DNA from: Methanobrevibacter sp.
GTDB taxonomy: Archaea > Methanobacteriota > Methanobacteria > Methanobacteriales > Methanobacteriaceae
Length of the DNA stretch: 64,000 bases
Direction: 5' to 3'
NCBI RefSeq assembly: GCF_017406825.1
Contig: NZ_JAFQXT010000043.1
Coordinates: forward strand, 12,662 to 76,661
Position 1 is the stretch's first letter, and every line of letters begins with the position of its first letter. Shown one piece after another: positions 41,651 to 52,888 of the stretch. The position numbers and the translations under genes are program-made. The notes beneath the pieces are model-generated. The model made no database searches. It was not told where the DNA came from and was given only the letters and a program-made list of their open reading frames with translations.

Positions 41651-42591
41651 GAAAAATCCTCCATGAACCCCTTCAGTTCATCAGATATGGATTCAAGTTC
41701 ATTGAAACATAAATGACCCAATTCAGAATCCATTACAATCAATTCTGACCCTTCAATCATTTCAGCCATTGGAATTCCATCAAGACTGGTCGGGAAATGA
41801 GGATCCTGTTTGCATGATATAATCAGCACCTTGGATTGGATTTTATTCAAATCAGATTCCACATCATAGTTCATGCAGGATTCATTACAGTATTTAAGGT
41901 CATAGATATCTGTTTCCAGCATCTCATTTCCATAGTTTTCGAATTCAATAGCCAACTCATCATTAGACATAGCCCTTAAAGCTTCCTTTGAAAGTCCAAA
42001 ATTGAATTCAGCCAGATTGGCCAATCTTAACGTTCTGATTAACGAATAGGTCAATTCGCCTTTAGCGTAATCGGGATCAGAGGTGATAATCTCATCTACA
42101 AATTTTGAAAGAATGAAATCATGCCCGGCCACCTTATAGCTGCTAACTCCGGTTATTATGAAATCGGCGAAATTCGGGTAATTGATGGCTGAAGTCAAGG
42201 CGACAAAACCTCCCATTGAATTGCCAATCATACCCAATACGTGATTGATGCCGAATTTTTCTTCAAGGAACTGTTTTTGAAAATTGACTACGTCCAATAT
42301 GGTATATTTTGGAAATTTACTTTTTAAGTTGGTGGTTGATGGAGAACATGAATTTGGAGAACCCAATGCTGTTAAAGAAATGAAATAATATTTGTTTTCA
42401 TCAAAAACATCACCTTCGCCCACCAGTGGCGCCACCTTTTTCATTGATGCATAATTTCCCAATGAACCATGGCAATATATGATTGCATTTTCAATTACTC
42501 CATTACCATCATACTTCGGAGTTCCAAATGTCATATATTCGACTTTAACATCTTTTAAAACTTTACCATTTTCAAATTCAAAAGAATCCAT
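41647..42591 (-). CDS. MetX-like (homoserine O-acetyltransferase family) alpha/beta hydrolase
   Basis: N-terminal F.FENGKVL.DVKVEY.TFG, CHGSLG, GSPNSCSPST, nucleophile elbow GNSMGG, and C-terminal DSELGH. Confidence 0.75.
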   Translation of the reverse strand: MDSFEFENGKVLKDVKVEYMTFGTPKYDGNGVIENAIIYCHGSLGNYASMKKVAPLVGEGDVFDENKYYFISLTALGSPNSCSPSTTNLKSKFPKYTILDVVNFQKQFLEEKFGINHVLGMIGNSMGGFVALTSAINYPNFADFIITGVSSYKVAGHDFILSKFVDEIITSDPDYAKGELTYSLIRTLRLANLAEFNFGLSKEALRAMSNDELAIEFENYGNEMLETDIYDLKYCNESCMNYDVESDLNKIQSKVLIISCKQDPHFPTSLDGIPMAEMIEGSELIVMDSELGHLCFNELESISDELKGFMEDFS

Positions 42592-42713
42592 GGTATAATA
42601 CTCGTTTTGACTTTCAAAATATTCCTCGTCGTAAATTTAAATTCCTCCAGAATACCTTGTATATTCTTTTAATGAACAAAATATTTAAATTAAACTAGAC
42701 AATGTAAATTGTG

Positions 42714-43496
42714 ATGAAATATAAAATTTTAGAAAAACCTAATTGCGAAGAAGCATATGATTTAATCGAAGAAGCTCTCAGAAAAAGAGCCACAATACTT
42801 ATTTTTGCATGCTGTAAAGTAAATTATGAAGGAAGAGCCCTGAGTGAATTGAACTGGGGGGAACGCATAATAATGATTAAGCCGGATGGTGCGTTTTTGA
42901 TACATCAGGAAAAAAAGGTAGAGCCTGTAAACTGGCAACCGCCAAAATCACGAACAAGAGCTTACATTAAAAATGATAACCTATTCCTGGAAAGTCACAG
43001 GAGAACCCCTAAAGAATTGTTGACCGTTGAGATAAAGCAGATTCAATTTATCAACTATGCTAATGTTGAGGACTTCGAAGAGCTTGAACAGGCAGGATAT
43101 GAAAAGGACATGAGCGACATGATAATGGAAAAACCTCATATTATCGAAGAGGGGTTTAAACCAACCACCCGGGAATATAGCGTTGAGCATGGATTCATTG
43201 ACATTTTAGGAAAGGACAGTGACAACAATCTAATGATTTTGGAGCTTAAGGCACGTAAAGCAGGCGTAACAGCAGTAAAACAGCTTAGAAGATATATTCA
43301 GGATATGGAAAACACAGATAATGATTACTTAAGGGAATGTCAGGCTGAAAAGAAAAAAATAAGGGGTTTGCTTGTTGCACCATCAATAATGGATGACGCC
43401 TTGGAGATGATTGAAGAGGAAGGTATTGAATTCGTATCTGTCGAACCTCCTCGTGAGTTAAAAAGAGATAAGAAAGTGACTTTAGATTTCTTTTAA
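42714..43496 (+). CDS. nucS: Endonuclease NucS (EndoMS)
   Basis: N-terminal beta-barrel region plus a C-terminal RecB-like nuclease motif (GFIDILGKDSDNNLMILELKARKA). Confidence 0.85.
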   Translation: MKYKILEKPNCEEAYDLIEEALRKRATILIFACCKVNYEGRALSELNWGERIIMIKPDGAFLIHQEKKVEPVNWQPPKSRTRAYIKNDNLFLESHRRTPKELLTVEIKQIQFINYANVEDFEELEQAGYEKDMSDMIMEKPHIIEEGFKPTTREYSVEHGFIDILGKDSDNNLMILELKARKAGVTAVKQLRRYIQDMENTDNDYLRECQAEKKKIRGLLVAPSIMDDALEMIEEEGIEFVSVEPPRELKRDKKVTLDFF

Positions 43497-43972
43497 TCTA
43501 AAGCCTCTTCAATTCTTTTCAATTCCGCTTCATAAAACTGTTTAGTGAATTCATTTGCAGGAATTGAAGTTGTTACATGACAGTCCTTTTCCAATTTATA
43601 AATAAGATACTCCTCATTTTCAAGAGGAATAGTTTCATCATCACTTAAAAGATCCAGACTTTCCAATTCTTCAAGGATATTTTGATATTCATTCTGTTCC
43701 AATTCGATAGCATCGTCCAGTTCCATTTCCTGAACGACAGGATTTAACTGCAGCGCAATAGCTACAAATCCATTGACCTTTTTATCAGATACAGAAAATT
43801 CAGTGCTTCTAATCTCATCCATGGAAAATTTAATGTGAACAATTGTATTTTTAGTAACCGGAATTTCTCTTGACAAGCCTATTTGGTTTATCTCATAATG
43901 ATTTTTCCATTCACCAATCTTATAAACTGCATAATTTATATCATCAAGATTAATTACTTTTTCATCCGCCAT
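43493..43972 (-). CDS. Acidic hypothetical protein
   Basis: 159-aa ORF with a clean ATG start. Convergent with nucS, with a 4-nt overlap. No recognisable motif. Confidence 0.5.
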   Translation of the reverse strand: MADEKVINLDDINYAVYKIGEWKNHYEINQIGLSREIPVTKNTIVHIKFSMDEIRSTEFSVSDKKVNGFVAIALQLNPVVQEMELDDAIELEQNEYQNILEELESLDLLSDDETIPLENEEYLIYKLEKDCHVTTSIPANEFTKQFYEAELKRIEEALD

Positions 43973-44040
43973 ATTATCACATTAATTAAATATATTTTTA
44001 TAATATAAATAATAAATGTAATTTTAATGGAGGTTAAGCT

Positions 44041-44757
44041 GTGAAAAAATGTCCTGAATGTGGAAATCCTAGTTATGATGGTGCCCCTATTTGTGGAAAC
44101 TGTGGTTACGAATTTCCAAAACCAAAAGTTGTAGCTCCTAAAAGAGAGGATATTTTCCAAAAAGAACCTAAAGAAAAAAAATCTTCAAGCAATGATGATG
44201 TTTTGAGCATTATTAAAGATAATAAACTCCTTATTGGTGCAATATTGCTCATCACTTTAATTGTGATTGGAGGAATTGTTCTTATGGGAAATAATAATTC
44301 TAAAAGCAGTTCTGAGTCTAGTTCTCCAATTATCCAATCTAATGATTTGGTTGAATATGACAGCGGAGATTTTAAATTCAAATACCCCTCTACTTGGCAA
44401 CAGGTAAATGGTAGTGATTCAGACCATGAGAATGCTATATTTTTCGTGAATGAGGATAATGTAACTATAGAATTTTACAACATTACTAGTGATGCAAATT
44501 CCTTAAAAGATATAACTCAAGATAGAATTAGTTATGCTCAAGAAAAAGGCGATGCTGTCGAACTTGTTGAAACAATTACTTTAGATGGTAGAAACTCATC
44601 AAATATACTATTTGAAAATGCTGATGGGGATTATACAAGATACGTTTCAATGTTCAGTGATGGAAAATTATATGTCTTTAAAGTGATGGGATCTTCACAA
44701 AATTCTGTTTCTTCTGATGACGTAAACATTGCAATAAGTTCTGCAGATATTGTTTAA
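44041..44757 (+). CDS. Zinc-ribbon membrane-anchored protein with extracellular domain
   Basis: MKKCPECGNPSYDGAPICGNCGYEF, followed by a single TM helix (LLIGAILLITLIVIGGIVLM) and a Ser-rich linker. GTG start is preceded by GGAGGT. Confidence 0.6.
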   Translation: MKKCPECGNPSYDGAPICGNCGYEFPKPKVVAPKREDIFQKEPKEKKSSSNDDVLSIIKDNKLLIGAILLITLIVIGGIVLMGNNNSKSSSESSSPIIQSNDLVEYDSGDFKFKYPSTWQQVNGSDSDHENAIFFVNEDNVTIEFYNITSDANSLKDITQDRISYAQEKGDAVELVETITLDGRNSSNILFENADGDYTRYVSMFSDGKLYVFKVMGSSQNSVSSDDVNIAISSADIV

Positions 44758-44798
44758 GTATGATTTAAATCATACTTTTCTCTATTTTTTGTGTTAAT

Positions 44799-45626
44799 AT
44801 GACTAAAATTAAACTTGCGCTTTGTCAGATGAATGTAGTTGACGATAAAGAGGCCAATCTTGAAAAGGCCAGTTCAATGATATCTGATAGTGTAAGCAAT
44901 AATGCTGATTTTATAATTTTACCCGAAATGTTCAACTGCCCATATTCTAACGATAAATTTATAGAATATTGCGAAGAGGAAAAAAGCAGTTTTACATTAA
45001 GCAGGATTGCAAAGCTTGCTTGTGACAATAACGTTTATATTTTAGCAGGGTCAATTCCCGAAAAGGAAGAAGATAGAATATTCAATACAAGCTACTTATT
45101 TGATAAAGAAGGCAATATTATTTCTAAACACCGGAAAATGCATCTCTTTGACATTGATGTTAAAGACAAGATTACTTTTAAGGAATCGGATGTTTTAACT
45201 GCAGGGAATGAATTCAGCATTGCAGAAACCGAATTCGGTAAAATAGGTATTGGAATATGCTATGACGTTCGATTTGTAGAACTTGCAAGAATAATGGTGG
45301 AAAATGGGGCTTTAATACTTTTTTATCCCGGTGCATTCAATATGACAACCGGTCCTGCACATTGGGAACTATTATTCCGTGCAAGGGCATTGGACAATCA
45401 GGTTTTCTGTGTCGGTGTTGCGCCTGCATTAAATGAAGCTGCAAGCTATCACAGTTACGGTCATTCGATTGTGACTAACCCCTGGGGGGAAGTAATTGCT
45501 CAAGCGGATGAAAAGGAAGATTTGATTATCTGTGAAATCGATTTAAGTGAAATAAAAAAAATAAGGGAAGAGATTCCTCTTTTGAAAAACAAAAGGAATG
45601 ATCTCTACGAAGTTATCAGAAAATGA
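44799..45626 (+). CDS. Carbon-nitrogen hydrolase (nitrilase superfamily, omega-amidase-like)
   Basis: The E-K-C triad is in context: LPEMF, HRKMHLFD, GIGICYDVRF. Confidence 0.85.
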   Translation: MTKIKLALCQMNVVDDKEANLEKASSMISDSVSNNADFIILPEMFNCPYSNDKFIEYCEEEKSSFTLSRIAKLACDNNVYILAGSIPEKEEDRIFNTSYLFDKEGNIISKHRKMHLFDIDVKDKITFKESDVLTAGNEFSIAETEFGKIGIGICYDVRFVELARIMVENGALILFYPGAFNMTTGPAHWELLFRARALDNQVFCVGVAPALNEAASYHSYGHSIVTNPWGEVIAQADEKEDLIICEIDLSEIKKIREEIPLLKNKRNDLYEVIRK

Positions 45627-46475
45627 TTATTCCAATTTGGCCAATCTCTTTTCGAAATATGCTAATTTTTTATCGTTGTCCGCAAATACTTCACAGGCAG
45701 TTTTCAGAACTCTGACTTCATTGTCATAGTCATTTTCCTTTCTGTATAATACGCATAATCTTTTATATGGAGCGTCTTTAGGCTGTTTGGCTTCAACATA
45801 ACGTTCATATTCCTTGATTGCCTTTTGAAGATTTGACTTTTCCATTTCTTTTATAGTGCTCATTGGAATGACTTTAACAACAGCCTTACCGGATGCTTTT
45901 GCCTTTTTTCTTTTCTCAGCTTTTTTGATGGCCTTATTACATGACTTCTTGAAGTCCTTATCATCTTCAGCTTTTCTTGCATCCTTGATTAATTTTATTG
46001 ACTCGTCGGTTGCAAGGTCTCCTAATGCCTGAATGGCTGCAAGCCTAACGCCCCAATCCTCATCTTCAAGGCATCTGGCAATTGAGTCCAGTTCGTCTTC
46101 AGCCTGGAGTTCGCCCAATGCGCGCACTGCAACTTTTCTAACTCCGAAATCTTCATCTTCAGTTGATTCGACAAAATAAGGAATGACCCGTTTATCTTCA
46201 GTTTCTTTAAGTGCAAAAGCAAGGAAACGTTTGTCTTTACCTTCTGCATTTTTAAATTCTTCAATTAATTTATCGACAGCCATATCGCCCATGCTGCCCA
46301 GAATTTCAGCGGCTTTAAATCTTACTTGGGCATTCTCATCAGTGGTGGATTTAATCAAAGGTTCAATGGCTTCCTCATCAGTTACTCCAACCAATGATTC
46401 GATAGCCTCCTTTCTGACCTTTACATCGTCATCGGATAAATTGTTAATAGCTTCACTAAAAGTTAAATTTGACAT
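45627..46475 (-). CDS. HEAT-repeat (PBS-lyase-like) protein with Lys-rich linker and helical C-terminal domain
   Basis: Repeated D..VR..A..ALG units occur at least five times. Confidence 0.7.
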   Translation of the reverse strand: MSNLTFSEAINNLSDDDVKVRKEAIESLVGVTDEEAIEPLIKSTTDENAQVRFKAAEILGSMGDMAVDKLIEEFKNAEGKDKRFLAFALKETEDKRVIPYFVESTEDEDFGVRKVAVRALGELQAEDELDSIARCLEDEDWGVRLAAIQALGDLATDESIKLIKDARKAEDDKDFKKSCNKAIKKAEKRKKAKASGKAVVKVIPMSTIKEMEKSNLQKAIKEYERYVEAKQPKDAPYKRLCVLYRKENDYDNEVRVLKTACEVFADNDKKLAYFEKRLAKLE

Positions 46476-46588
46476 GATAATAATTAGATTTTAAAAATAT
46501 ATAATCTTTAACAAAAATTTGAAAAATAAAAAAAAGAAATAAAAGAAAAATTCTCTTATTTTGTTTCAATCGAAAACGACATTCTCAA

Positions 46589-47359
46589 TTATATACAGGT
46601 GTATCCACCATCAACAGCAATTGCTTGACCAGTTACATAACTGGATTTAGGTGATGCTAAGTATACAACAGTTGAATCTAATTCTCCATCAACACCAGAT
46701 CTTCCTACAGGCACAACAGTTTTTGTGTAAGCTTTGTACTCATCATTGTCAATGGTTGAACGGGTGAGTTCTGTTGGGAAGGTACCTGGGCAGATTGCAT
46801 TAACAGTAATGTTGTATTTCGCCCATTCTGCTGCTAATTGTCTTGTAAGATTTACTACACCACCTTTTGCTGCTGCATATGGGGAAGTTGGTGTTGCCAT
46901 AGTTCCAACTAAACCAAACATGGATGCTGTGTTGATGATTCTTCCATATTTTTGTGGAATCATAGCTTCACGTGCAACTGCTCTAGACATTTTGAATGTT
47001 CCTGTGAGGTCTACATCAACAGTTTTATTCCATTCTTCATCGGTTAATAATTCAGCTTCTTTTGTTGCACCATATCCTGCATTATTGTGGAGAATATCAA
47101 TTCTTCCAAAGTGGTCCATGATTTCTTTTACGCAATTTTCTACACTTTCAGTGTCTGTTACATCACAAACAATACCAATACAGTCTACACCAATTTCTTT
47201 GATTTCTTCTGCAACTTGGTCTAATCTTTCTTTTCTTCTTCCAGTAATTACAATATTTGCACCATATCTAGCATATGCTTTAGCCATATCGACACCAATA
47301 CCAGATGATGCTCCACTAACTACTGCTACTTGTCCAGATAAATTAAATAAATCATTCAT
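46589..47359 (-). CDS. Short-chain dehydrogenase/reductase (SDR)
   Basis: VSGASSGIG cofactor motif, NNAG, and YAAAKGG (YxxxK). Confidence 0.85.
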   Translation of the reverse strand: MNDLFNLSGQVAVVSGASSGIGVDMAKAYARYGANIVITGRRKERLDQVAEEIKEIGVDCIGIVCDVTDTESVENCVKEIMDHFGRIDILHNNAGYGATKEAELLTDEEWNKTVDVDLTGTFKMSRAVAREAMIPQKYGRIINTASMFGLVGTMATPTSPYAAAKGGVVNLTRQLAAEWAKYNITVNAICPGTFPTELTRSTIDNDEYKAYTKTVVPVGRSGVDGELDSTVVYLASPKSSYVTGQAIAVDGGYTCI

Positions 47360-47626
47360 GTTTTTACCACCTTAGGCATTATGCCTATGATTAAATATAT
47401 TACATATTTGAATATATATAAATTTTCATTTAACAAAATTATTCTAAAATTTTGAATATTTATAAGAATATTGTAAAAAATATTAGACAACATTATTCAA
47501 TTGACTAAAAGATAGATTTTTAATAGATTAAATTATGAAAAAATAATTATTGAAAATTATCATATTAACCATTAAATTTAATAAAAATTAAATAAAAATT
47601 AATAAAATAAAGTTGAGGCATAAACA

Positions 47627-50224
47627 ATGATTGAAGAGCAGACAAAAGGTTATTCGAAAAAAGAGATTTTCAAAACCCTTCATCCATGGGTTAGGCAATG
47701 GTTTGACTCACAATTTGAGGATTTCACCCCTGCTCAGAAAAAATCAATTATTGACATTCACAAAAAGAACAATATACTGATATCATCACCTACAGGTTCC
47801 GGTAAAACCTTAACCGCATTTTTATCCGTCATCAGTGAATTGACAGCACTTGCTGAGAAAGATGAATTGGAGGATAAAGTCTATTGCATTTATATATCTC
47901 CCCTGAAGGCATTGGATAATGATATTGAGAAAAATTTAGACGAGCCATTGGAAGGAATAGAAAAAATTGCCGGAAAAAAACTTGGAATCAGAAAAGCCGT
48001 TAGAACAGGAGACACAACACAATATCAAAGGCAGAAGATGCTTAAAACACCTCCCCACATACTGATTACAACACCTGAAACATTATCGATTCTGCTCGTT
48101 GCTCCGAAATTCCGGGAAAAGTTAAGCCATGTAAAATATGTTATTGTTGACGAAATACATTCATTGGCTGAAAACAAAAGAGGAGTACATTTAAGTTTAT
48201 CCCTGGAGAGACTGCAACATCTGATAGGACAATACACAAGAATTGGACTGTCTGCAACTGTCAGCCCCATTGAGGAAGTTGCCCGTTTTCTGGTAGGTTA
48301 CGAATATGGAGTCGAGAGAAACTGTAAAATAGTCAACATAAACTACTTAAAGGAACTGGATATGGAAGTGATGTGTCCTGTAAGCGACATTGTCCTTGCT
48401 GATGAAGAGGACACCCGATTAGGGATGTATGATTTACTGGATGACCTGATTCAAGAGAATAAAACCACATTAATCTTTACAAATACCCGTAGTGGAACCG
48501 AGAGATTTGTTTATAATTTGAAGAAAATGTATCCTATGAACTATAATGATTCCAATATAATGGCCCATCATTCCTCACTGTCAAAAGAAGTTCGATTGGA
48601 AACGGAAAACAAACTGAAAGAAGGAAAATTGAAGGCAGTTGTTTCATCAACATCACTGGAATTGGGAATAGATATTGGATATATCGATTTGGTGGTGCTG
48701 ATTAACTCTCCGAAATCTGTTGCAAGAGCCCTTCAAAGGATTGGTAGAAGCGGACACAAATTGCATGAAAAATCAAAGGGGCGAATCATAGTTACAGACC
48801 GTGACGATTTGGTTGAATGTTCCGTTCTATTGAAAAATGCAAAAGAAGGAAGAATCGATAAAATCACCATACCTACAAACTGTTTAGATGTTCTGGCACA
48901 ACATATCTATGGAATGAGCATAGAAAACAAATGGGATATCGATTATGCATATGACGTTATTAGAAAGAGCTATTGCTATAAAGACCTCACACGGGACGAT
49001 TACGAAGATGTCCTAAGTTATATGGCCGGGGAATATCCGGAACTTGAAGAGCGTTACGTTTATGCAAAAATCTGGATTGATTATGATGAAAATACCTTCG
49101 GAAAAAGAGGCAAATTAGCAAGAATGCTTTATTCAACAAACATAGGAACAATACCTGACTCATCAGGAGTTCTTGTGAAATGTGATGGAGAAACAGTGGG
49201 GAAAATCGAAGAATCATTCATGGAAAGGTTGAAAAAGGGAGACACTTTCGTTTTGGGAGGCAGAACCTACCGATTCAATTACGGCAAAGGAATGACAATC
49301 AATGTGACCCCAGCAAGCGGACCTCCAACAATTCCCTCATGGTTTTCACAGCAGCTTCCATTATCATTTGACCTTGCAATGGACATACAGAAGTTCAGGT
49401 CACATATGGAAACCAGATTTGAGTACAGACGAAGCAAAGAAGAGATCATGGAGTTTATCTATGACTATTTATATGTCGATGACTTTGCAGCCAATTCCAT
49501 ATACGAATACTTTGTTGAGCAATACAAATATGCAAAAATCCCTTCCAACCGTTGTCTGCTTATCGAATACTATAAAGGATTTGGAGGAAGGAAATTCGTA
49601 ATATTCCATTCATTATTCGGCAGAAAAGTCAATGACGCCCTGTCACGTGCGGTTGCCTATGTAGTTGCGCAAAGGTACAACACCAATGTTACAATATCCA
49701 TTTCAGATAACGGTTTTTATTTAAGCTCCGACGGTACAATCGGAGGTTTGGAATCCTTTAAACAATTGACTCCAGAAAATTTTGAGGTTATTCTATCAAA
49801 TTCCCTCAACAAAACCGAAACACTGGCTTCCCGTTTCAGACACTGCGCCGGAAGGTCATTGATGACGCTCAGAAGATATAAGGGAGAGTCAAAATCCGTC
49901 GGCCGCCAACAGGTGCGGGGAAAGATATTGCTTAAGTTCGTTCAGGATATGGATGAGGACTTCCCAATCTTAAAGGAGTCAAGAAGAGAAGCCATGGAAG
50001 ACTATATGGACATAAAGAATGCTTTGAAAATTATTAACATGGTAGACAGTGGCGAAATGGAAATAAAAACAATCAACACTGTAATTCCAAGTCCTTTTGC
50101 ATTTAATTTGGTTTCACAGGGTTATCTGGATGTCCTGAATCAGAATGATAAAGGAGAATTTACAAAAAGGATGCATCAGGCAATACTTGACCAGATCAAA
50201 GACAAATTAAAAGACATCTATTAA
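47627..50224 (+). CDS. lhr: Lhr-type (large helicase-related) DEAD/DEAH-box ATP-dependent helicase
   Basis: [10 protein letters not shown] (motif I), VDEIHSL (motif II), SAT, and QRIGRSGH, plus the Lhr-specific C-terminal WH/domain-4 extension. 865 aa. Confidence 0.85.
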   Translation: MIEEQTKGYSKKEIFKTLHPWVRQWFDSQFEDFTPAQKKSIIDIHKKNNILISSPTGSGKTLTAFLSVISELTALAEKDELEDKVYCIYISPLKALDNDIEKNLDEPLEGIEKIAGKKLGIRKAVRTGDTTQYQRQKMLKTPPHILITTPETLSILLVAPKFREKLSHVKYVIVDEIHSLAENKRGVHLSLSLERLQHLIGQYTRIGLSATVSPIEEVARFLVGYEYGVERNCKIVNINYLKELDMEVMCPVSDIVLADEEDTRLGMYDLLDDLIQENKTTLIFTNTRSGTERFVYNLKKMYPMNYNDSNIMAHHSSLSKEVRLETENKLKEGKLKAVVSSTSLELGIDIGYIDLVVLINSPKSVARALQRIGRSGHKLHEKSKGRIIVTDRDDLVECSVLLKNAKEGRIDKITIPTNCLDVLAQHIYGMSIENKWDIDYAYDVIRKSYCYKDLTRDDYEDVLSYMAGEYPELEERYVYAKIWIDYDENTFGKRGKLARMLYSTNIGTIPDSSGVLVKCDGETVGKIEESFMERLKKGDTFVLGGRTYRFNYGKGMTINVTPASGPPTIPSWFSQQLPLSFDLAMDIQKFRSHMETRFEYRRSKEEIMEFIYDYLYVDDFAANSIYEYFVEQYKYAKIPSNRCLLIEYYKGFGGRKFVIFHSLFGRKVNDALSRAVAYVVAQRYNTNVTISISDNGFYLSSDGTIGGLESFKQLTPENFEVILSNSLNKTETLASRFRHCAGRSLMTLRRYKGESKSVGRQQVRGKILLKFVQDMDEDFPILKESRREAMEDYMDIKNALKIINMVDSGEMEIKTINTVIPSPFAFNLVSQGYLDVLNQNDKGEFTKRMHQAILDQIKDKLKDIY

Positions 50225-50343
50225 CAAATAGTCAACTGGCAAAAATTTTTAGAAAAATTTAAACTTAAATTATAATTGTTTACAAAATTCCCTAATAATT
50301 AAATATACCATAAAATATAATATATTATATTAAAAGTGATATT

Positions 50344-50712
50344 ATGGCCAAATGGAGTGCAGTGATATTGGGTTTCATACTTACAATAATGGTAAAAGCG
50401 TTTTTTGCCCCCTATGACTTTATCGGATTGCTGATAATAGGGTTTATTGTAGGATACATTGCCCGTTCAGGAGCTTTAGGAGGCTTATGGAATGCTGCGC
50501 TTGCAGGAACCCTAGGCACAATTGTAACTGCAATATTATTCATTTTAGTTGCAACTTTTGGAGGCGGCTTTTTAGGCATCTTCGGAGGCCTGACAGGATT
50601 TACTCTCTCCGGAATTGGAAGCCTGGTTAAAATTGTTGAATCATTGATTTACTATGCAATTGTCATGGGAATTACCGGAGCCATAGGGGGAGCAATAGCT
50701 TCCAAAGATTAA
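50344..50712 (+). CDS. Small Gly-rich membrane protein
   Basis: 122 aa with four hydrophobic Gly-rich helices. Confidence 0.55.
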   Translation: MAKWSAVILGFILTIMVKAFFAPYDFIGLLIIGFIVGYIARSGALGGLWNAALAGTLGTIVTAILFILVATFGGGFLGIFGGLTGFTLSGIGSLVKIVESLIYYAIVMGITGAIGGAIASKD

Positions 50713-50730
50713 GATTTTTGGAGATATAAA

Positions 50731-51135
50731 ATGAGAAAATTCACAAATGTAAATTTTAAAGCTTTAATATTTGGTGCGGCAATAGCCGGAGCATTTATAT
50801 TATTTGGATATCAATTCTGGGACTGGTTTTATCCATTTTCAGCAATAGGACTTTTATATGCCGGATATGGCCAGGACAATATAAAACTTGGAACAATCGC
50901 AGGTGCAATCGCATCAACACCGATCATTGTCTTAACATTCCAGGGATATATGGGAACATTTGAAGGGTTTTTCCTTACCGAAGACGGAATTATGGCATTG
51001 ACAATATTGATTCTTGCAGTTGGTGCTTTTGTTGGTCTGGTTGGAGCATGGACAAAAAGAAGTCGTGTTAAAGCATTGGAAGAATACGAAAAAAAACAGA
51101 AAATCGGTAAAAATAAAAAGAAAAATAAAAAATAA
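50731..51135 (+). CDS. Small membrane protein with Lys-rich tail
   Basis: 134 aa with four hydrophobic helices. Tail is KKQKIGKNKKKNKK. Confidence 0.55.
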   Translation: MRKFTNVNFKALIFGAAIAGAFILFGYQFWDWFYPFSAIGLLYAGYGQDNIKLGTIAGAIASTPIIVLTFQGYMGTFEGFFLTEDGIMALTILILAVGAFVGLVGAWTKRSRVKALEEYEKKQKIGKNKKKNKK

Positions 51136-51143
51136 TAACAGAT

Positions 51144-52235
51144 TTATGTTATTATTTTTTCTAATTCATCTCTTTCTATACCTCTCTTGATTTCAAGAGC
51201 GATTCTTCTACCCATACTCATTGGTTTGCCATATGTTAAGTATGAGTAAGGAGAACCATCCATAAATGTGTTTGTACCACCGTCAGTTCTTGCACTGATT
51301 TCGAAACAGATTACTTCTAGATTATCATTTACTAAGGTTTGCATACAGAATGGACCGTTTAATCCTGGAGCAACTAATTTTTTAGCACTTTCAGTTAATT
51401 TATCTGCAATGTCAAACACTTGTGGAAGTAATGATTCACGAATAACAGCAGGGTGGTTACCAGTTACAACATAAGAAGGACTTAAATCAATGTCCAATTG
51501 GTCTTTTGCAGGCATTCTTACAAAACCATCGATACTTGATTCATATCTTGTATCCATACCCATCAATTCAACCTTATCGTCAAGTGCTGAGTAGAAATAG
51601 TGGATACAATAATTACATCCGGATACATATTCTTCAATGTGAGCTGCTTCCACATCACTGTCATCTAACCATCCACGAGCTTTCATAGCGTCTATTTTTG
51701 CGTCAAATTCTTCGGTAGAGGATGCTACAAAGTAACCTCTTCCTCCTCTTGCACCTGGGAATTTAACCATTACAGGACGGTCGATTTCTGAAGGGTCATT
51801 ATATTTGAATGGTATTCTTACATCACCTTCAACCAGCAATGCTCTTTCCTTATCTCTTTCAGCTTCCCATCTGAGCACATCCCTGTTTCCGAACATTGGA
51901 ACATTGAATTTGTCTTCAACATTGTCCAGACCAGCATATGCAACAAAAGACCCATGAGGAACAACAATTGCGTTCATATCCCTAAGTTTTTGTTGAACAT
52001 CTTCATTAACAATGTCTTTGAATTCATCAACGATGATGTATTCGTCGGCAACATCGAATCTTTGATATGGAATTTCTCTTCCTTTTTGACAGACAATAGC
52101 TGTTCTGAATCCTTCAGCCTTTGCACCTTGCAAAATATGTAAAGAAGTGTGGCTTCCGAGAGTGGCTATTGTGATTTCGCTTTTGTCATAACCGGCCAAA
52201 ATATCTAAAATATCTTCCTTTTTAACTTCGCCCAT
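51144..52235 (-). CDS. purP: 5-formaminoimidazole-4-carboxamide ribonucleotide (FAICAR) synthetase
   Basis: IATLGSHTSLHILQGAKAEGFRT N-terminus and an ATP-grasp body typical of archaeal PurP. Confidence 0.9.
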   Translation of the reverse strand: MGEVKKEDILDILAGYDKSEITIATLGSHTSLHILQGAKAEGFRTAIVCQKGREIPYQRFDVADEYIIVDEFKDIVNEDVQQKLRDMNAIVVPHGSFVAYAGLDNVEDKFNVPMFGNRDVLRWEAERDKERALLVEGDVRIPFKYNDPSEIDRPVMVKFPGARGGRGYFVASSTEEFDAKIDAMKARGWLDDSDVEAAHIEEYVSGCNYCIHYFYSALDDKVELMGMDTRYESSIDGFVRMPAKDQLDIDLSPSYVVTGNHPAVIRESLLPQVFDIADKLTESAKKLVAPGLNGPFCMQTLVNDNLEVICFEISARTDGGTNTFMDGSPYSYLTYGKPMSMGRRIALEIKRGIERDELEKIIT

Positions 52236-52356
52236 TTTATCTTCTCCTAAAAGAATGATATATATACTTTGTTTTTATCAATTTATATAGTTTTATAATT
52301 AGTTTTAAAAGTAATGATAAACAAAATATAACTTGAATAATTAAGGATTGAAAAAA

Positions 52357-52887
52357 ATGTTAATTGGTTTAATTTCAGACACCCACATACCTGATAGAGC
52401 AAGAATAATACCGCAAAAGGTTATTGAAGCATTCAGCAATGTTGAACTGATAATTCATGCAGGAGATCTGACTTCTCCAAAAGTTATTGACGAGCTTGAA
52501 ACACTGGCTCCGGTAATTGCGGTTCAGGGGAATATGGACAGGGCGAATGGAATTAACCTCCCTAAAGCAAAAATTATAGAAACCGAAGGTCTGAAAATTG
52601 GAGTCATACATGGAGAAGTTTATCCGAGAGCCGACAGCGACCAGTTATTATATCTGGCAAAGGAATTGGATGTCGACATATTGGTTTCAGGACATTCACA
52701 CCAACCCAAAATAGAACAGAAAGACGGCGTTTTACTCCTGAATCCCGGCAGTCCGATTGTGCCGAGACTTGCCGATAGGACAGTTATGCTGCTTGAAATC
52801 AACAATAAGGAAGTGGATGTCGAAATTGTAAAAATCGGCTCACCAGTATGTAGCGCACTTGATTTTGACCAATATCCGAGGGATTGA
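52357..52887 (+). CDS. MJ0936/YfcE-type metallophosphoesterase
   Basis: ISDTHIP, HAGDL, GNMD, and GHSH motifs. ATG 52357 is preferred over TTG 52348. Confidence 0.8.
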   Translation: MLIGLISDTHIPDRARIIPQKVIEAFSNVELIIHAGDLTSPKVIDELETLAPVIAVQGNMDRANGINLPKAKIIETEGLKIGVIHGEVYPRADSDQLLYLAKELDVDILVSGHSHQPKIEQKDGVLLLNPGSPIVPRLADRTVMLLEINNKEVDVEIVKIGSPVCSALDFDQYPRD

Positions 52888-52888
52888 A

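Noticed and set aside
46734-47375. 213-aa ORF antisense to the SDR gene
   Set aside because: It is a shadow ORF. The SDR frame carries the cofactor and YxxxK motifs.
47627-51135. Lhr helicase plus two small membrane proteins as a system
   Set aside because: A 119-bp AT-rich spacer separates lhr from the membrane genes. Lhr is a widespread stand-alone repair helicase, and there is no nuclease or MrfB-like partner.
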